Assembly: GCA_049627345.1 (NCBI GenBank)
Contig: JBMZXF010000004.1
Coordinates: 17,957 to 81,956, forward strand
Direction of reading: 5' to 3'
DNA from: Poseidonia sp.
GTDB lineage: Archaea > Thermoplasmatota > Poseidoniia > Poseidoniales > Poseidoniaceae
Length of the DNA: 64,000 nucleotides
Below are positions 60,605 to 64,000 of the stretch, piece after piece. A program made the translations under genes and the position numbers. The stretch's first letter is position 1, and each line of letters opens with the position of its first letter. The notes under the pieces are model-generated. The model had not been told where the DNA came from and ran no database searches. It was given only the letters and a program-made list of their open reading frames with translations.

Positions 60605-61627
60605 ATGGCGGAGGCGGTGCTTTCCTTCCGGTCGGTCCAACACCGCCATGCCGTGCCCGCCCCAAGGCTGACCAAACCGTGGGCCAAACGGGAGGGGCCC
60701 GGTGTGGTTGGCGTCTCGCTCGACCTTCACGAAGGCGCTGTGTTGGGCCTTATCGGACCCAACGGCGCAGGGAAAACGACGCTGCTGCGATTGATGGCGG
60801 GTGTCCTGCCGGTTCAATCGGGTGAGATCAAAAGCCGATTTGACGGGAAAACGTGGACCGATGCAGGGGACTTGCGAGCCTTTGTTGGTCACATGCCGGA
60901 ACAAGTTCGCTGGCAGGGACGGTCGACGGTCGTTGACGCCTTGACGCAACTCGGCGACATGCGTGGCACCTCGACGAAGACCATCGAACGCCTGCTCGCC
61001 CTCGTAGGCTTGCGCAGCCGGCGCGACGAACCGCTTGACAACCTGAGCCAAGGCATGCGCCAGCGTCTGTCCATCGCTGCCGCCCTGTTGGGTTCACCCA
61101 AGGTGTTGCTGCTCGATGAACCGTTCAACGGCCTTGACCCGGTCGCAGCACAAGCCTTTGCGGCGCTGGTTCGCACACTGGCATCGAAAGGGGTGAGCGT
61201 CGTCATCTCCTCGCACATGGTGGCACAACTTGAGGGATTGATCGACCGAATTGCGTTGCTCCACCGAGGGCAGCTGCTCGACGAAGGACCCCTTGGCGAG
61301 GTCGAACAAAGGTTGGGCTTGAGTGGAAGGTACGCCATCACGGGCACCGGTGAAGTGGACCCGAAGGTCCTGGTGGACGAGAAGGCCATCCTGACGTTTG
61401 AGCAGCGTGAACACGATTGGACCCTGACCGTGAACGGACCTTCGTCTGAGGCGTTGAAAGCAGCCGACGACAACGGTGTTGCCCTGACGTCGTGGGCACC
61501 CGTACGCCCGAATTTGGTTGAATGGTTGTGTGCGGCCACCGGGATGAGCGTGGATGACATCTCCTTGGAGGTCGCATCCTCAGCGCTGTTGCCCATGCAG
61601 TCGTTGGAGGTGAGCGAAGATGAGTGA
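60605..61627 (+). CDS. ABC transporter ATP-binding protein
   Basis: It has a Walker A motif GPNGAGKTTLL, the ABC signature LSQGMRQR and a Walker B motif LLLDEP. Confidence 0.85.
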   Translation: MAEAVLSFRSVQHRHAVPAPRLTKPWAKREGPGVVGVSLDLHEGAVLGLIGPNGAGKTTLLRLMAGVLPVQSGEIKSRFDGKTWTDAGDLRAFVGHMPEQVRWQGRSTVVDALTQLGDMRGTSTKTIERLLALVGLRSRRDEPLDNLSQGMRQRLSIAAALLGSPKVLLLDEPFNGLDPVAAQAFAALVRTLASKGVSVVISSHMVAQLEGLIDRIALLHRGQLLDEGPLGEVEQRLGLSGRYAITGTGEVDPKVLVDEKAILTFEQREHDWTLTVNGPSSEALKAADDNGVALTSWAPVRPNLVEWLCAATGMSVDDISLEVASSALLPMQSLEVSEDE

Positions 61628-62450
61628 CCTCCAGCGAGTCCTCAACGTTGCCTCGCGAATTCGAAGGGAACGGTTGGCCGGTATCCGCCTCAAGATCATG
61701 ATGCCCATCCTCTTGCTGTTCCTTCCGGGCATGGCTTGGGGCTTTTCCGACCCCAACATCGTCCTCCCAGGCGGTCATCGCCCGGACACCGCCATGGAAG
61801 TCCTCTTCTATGCTTCACTCGGCGTGGTCTTCGGCGCCACCATGTGCGCCGTTCTGATGGCCTTTGACGGGGTGAGCAAAGACCGAGCCAGCGGCATGCT
61901 CGAGGTACGCTTGGCTCAACCCATGCCACGACGCCACCAAGCCACGGCCCTGATTCTCGGCCACGCACAGAGCATCCTTCTCCCGGTCTACGCCTTGCTG
62001 GTGGTTGCTGTTGTGCTGGTTCGTATCCGAATAGGAGAATGGCCATCGGCGAGTGAACTGCTGGTCTACAGCGCTTCAACCGGCCTCATCGTGCTCTGGT
62101 ACACGCTGTTCGCCCTGCTCGCCTCGACCTCCGCAAGGGAACAAGGGACCGCCATTGCGTTTGGTATCGGGGTGTGGTTCTTTTTCACCTTCCTCTGGGC
62201 CCTGGTGACCACCATGGTGGCGTATGCGTCCGGCGTGGCGGTGGGCGAAGCCAACGACCCGGCATGGGTCGCGCTCGAGGGGTTGCTGGATTTGCTCTCG
62301 CCCAACGGCGTCTACCACCATCTGTTGGAAACTCAACTTCCAACGGTTGACCGTGGCGTCGCTCCGTGGCAGTCGTGGCTGGCCGCTCTGCTGTGGACGG
62401 TGGTGCCCTGGTGGGCCCTCCACCGTCGCATGGAACGGCTTGTTCCTTGA
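61620..62450 (+). CDS. ABC-2 type transporter permease
   Basis: It has six TM helices and overlaps the ATPase gene by 8 bp. Confidence 0.7.
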   Translation: MSDLQRVLNVASRIRRERLAGIRLKIMMPILLLFLPGMAWGFSDPNIVLPGGHRPDTAMEVLFYASLGVVFGATMCAVLMAFDGVSKDRASGMLEVRLAQPMPRRHQATALILGHAQSILLPVYALLVVAVVLVRIRIGEWPSASELLVYSASTGLIVLWYTLFALLASTSAREQGTAIAFGIGVWFFFTFLWALVTTMVAYASGVAVGEANDPAWVALEGLLDLLSPNGVYHHLLETQLPTVDRGVAPWQSWLAALLWTVVPWWALHRRMERLVP

Positions 62451-62495
62451 AGGAATCAACCAATGCTTCATGAAGGCGAAAGTCAAGCGGATGTT

Positions 62496-64000
62496 ATGGC
62501 ACGCCGATTGACCGCACCGATGCTCACCGTTCTCATCACCCTCGTGCTGATGGGGGTCTCGTCATCCCCCGTCCTGACCAGTTTCGCTGATTCTCCCGTG
62601 GTTTCGTCCACCGAAGGCCGTCAAGATACGCTCGACGTGGACTGCTCCGGATACTCGTTTGAAGACCTCTTTGAGTACGATTTCGCCTTGTTCGAACTCC
62701 ACGTGCTCGACGACTGGGCCACCGGCGACATGTACGCCAACGCCTGGGTCAACGGCTCAAACTCCGCCATCGTTCGCGACAACCTTGACGGGCTCTTTGA
62801 GGGGCTGCCGGGTGGCGACAACGACTGGATCAGCACCGACGAGCGAGACGCCGTTCGCAGCATCGGCCCCAAGTGCATCGCCGACATGGAGACCCGACTT
62901 GGCATGCGAGAAGGCATCCCTCACTCGGGTGGTGTTGACTGGAACGACTTCGAGTTTGTTGAGGACGGTATCGGCCTTGACGAGGTGAACCTCGTTCCTG
63001 AAGGTCACCCCGACGCTCGAACGTGCACCAACTTTGGTGCAGCGGCCGACTGCAAGGAAGTGCCCACCTCGACCACCGACGACATGGAGATCAGCCTCTC
63101 GGTGGCCGACGGTCAGGACCACAACGTGCGCTGGGACCAACTGCCCAACAGCGGCGTGTCCAACTTCACCCTGGCCATGAACATCAGCAACATGAGCAAC
63201 GCCGCTTTGGTCGTCACCTTCCCCGTGCTTCAGGGCCTTCGCATGTACGACTTCCGTGTGGTTGACAACCAACCCGCCAGCGGCCAAACCTGCGACCACA
63301 TCGGTGAGCCATCCTTCACCTACCTCCCCGACGGCGCCCTTCAAGTGACGCAACTCGTCAATTTCGACCGAACCCAGTGGGATTTGTTCTGTGATATGTT
63401 CATGGATTTCACCACCCAAGAACCGGCGATGAACGACATCCCTGCCTGGACGAGTGAGGCACCGGCCAACGGCACCATCGTGGCCACCTCCGGCACGGGC
63501 ACGTGGCTGTTCGCCTCGGCCGATGCTGGCAATGCATGGGCGAGCGACGAAAACGGATGGTCGCTGCAATGTTCCTTTGATGAAGCCGGCTGGAGCGTGT
63601 CCACCAACGTGCTCGGCGACTTCTTTGTCACGCAGCCTGCGGACTCAACGCAAGCCACCGCCACCTGCACGCCGGTGGACCCCTTGGGAGCCAGCGATGA
63701 AAACGACACGCGCAGTTGGACCTTCGGCACCCTCTACACGGCCACAGCCACCGTGGACGACGACGGGAAGAACGCTCGATTGACCATCACCTCCACCGGC
63801 CTGGTCAACGAATTCCTGTTCTCCGCCCGTGCAACCCAAAACGGCCAGATGGGCGCCGCCGGAGAAACGGCGACCGTAGCGACTGGTCCAACGGTGGCAG
63901 CGGTGTCGCTTCAAGCGATTCGCCCCGGAGCGTTTTCGTTTGCCGTGATGGCCGAGGCCTCCAACATGCTGGACCACGAAGCCAACCTGGACCTCGGCCT
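62496..64000 (+). CDS. Secreted surface (glyco)protein. The 3' end is truncated at the window edge. This gene is not in the ORF track.
   Basis: I translated the plus strand manually. It is open from the ATG at 62463 or 62496 to the end of the window. It has a signal peptide MARRLTAPMLTVLITLVLMGVSSSPVLTSFA and many NxS/T sequons (NGS, NFT, NIS, NMS, NGT). The minus-strand ORFs listed here are shadows of it. Confidence 0.75.
   Translation, partial: MARRLTAPMLTVLITLVLMGVSSSPVLTSFADSPVVSSTEGRQDTLDVDCSGYSFEDLFEYDFALFELHVLDDWATGDMYANAWVNGSNSAIVRDNLDGLFEGLPGGDNDWISTDERDAVRSIGPKCIADMETRLGMREGIPHSGGVDWNDFEFVEDGIGLDEVNLVPEGHPDARTCTNFGAAADCKEVPTSTTDDMEISLSVADGQDHNVRWDQLPNSGVSNFTLAMNISNMSNAALVVTFPVLQGLRMYDFRVVDNQPASGQTCDHIGEPSFTYLPDGALQVTQLVNFDRTQWDLFCDMFMDFTTQEPAMNDIPAWTSEAPANGTIVATSGTGTWLFASADAGNAWASDENGWSLQCSFDEAGWSVSTNVLGDFFVTQPADSTQATATCTPVDPLGASDENDTRSWTFGTLYTATATVDDDGKNARLTITSTGLVNEFLFSARATQNGQMGAAGETATVATGPTVAAVSLQAIRPGAFSFAVMAEASNMLDHEANLDLG

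Overview
This 64 kb window is GC-rich (roughly 60%), densely coding chromosomal DNA from an archaeon. Archaeal markers include a thermosome, Alba, VAT/CDC48, deoxyhypusine synthase, KEOPS Bud32 and TATA-like boxes 25-40 bp upstream of start codons. The composition, the surface glycoproteins and the peptidases suggest a Thermoplasmatota or Marine-Group-II-like euryarchaeon, but this lineage guess is tentative and the sequence alone cannot prove it. I call about 53 protein genes and one tRNA-Gly(GCC).

Most of the window is housekeeping:
- Cofactor and nucleotide metabolism: Ham1 (truncated at the 5' window edge and absent from the ORF track), CrcB, NadA, pyrG and pyrBI.
- Amino-acid and polyamine metabolism: the speB-speH-dys polyamine and hypusine cluster, and a bacterial-type metF-metH pair.
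- Proteolysis and chaperones: M14 and M17 peptidases, and an hsp20-dnaK-thermosome chaperone run.
- Translation and tRNA modification: ThrRS and TtuA.
- Energy metabolism: an sdhCAB operon and an aldehyde dehydrogenase.
- Other: Bud32, an Mrp plus DUF971 pair, HMG-CoA synthase, threonine dehydrogenase, Sir2 and an ABC exporter.

No CRISPR array, integrase, transposase or other obvious mobile element was seen.

The most unusual locus is at 43.4-47.2 kb. A 335 bp strongly AT-rich island carries dyad elements reminiscent of archaeal origin recognition boxes (ORBs). It sits upstream of a roadblock/LC7 (MglB-like) gene that is translationally coupled to a 1063-aa giant coiled-coil protein with an internal roadblock-like domain, and no GTPase partner is encoded nearby.

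Other oddities:
- An approximately 46 bp tandem direct repeat at the metF 5' end.
- A DUF4350-like, DUF58 and membrane-protein operon with no MoxR ATPase, co-directional with a PRC-barrel gene and CDC48.
- A recurring CCCGTAGGG hairpin followed by a G-run immediately upstream of the thrS and sdhC start codons.
- Several large signal-peptide surface proteins rich in N-glycosylation sequons.

The ORF track omits ORFs truncated at the window edges and often over-extends N-termini, so I corrected starts by family-typical N-termini. All start coordinates are approximate.
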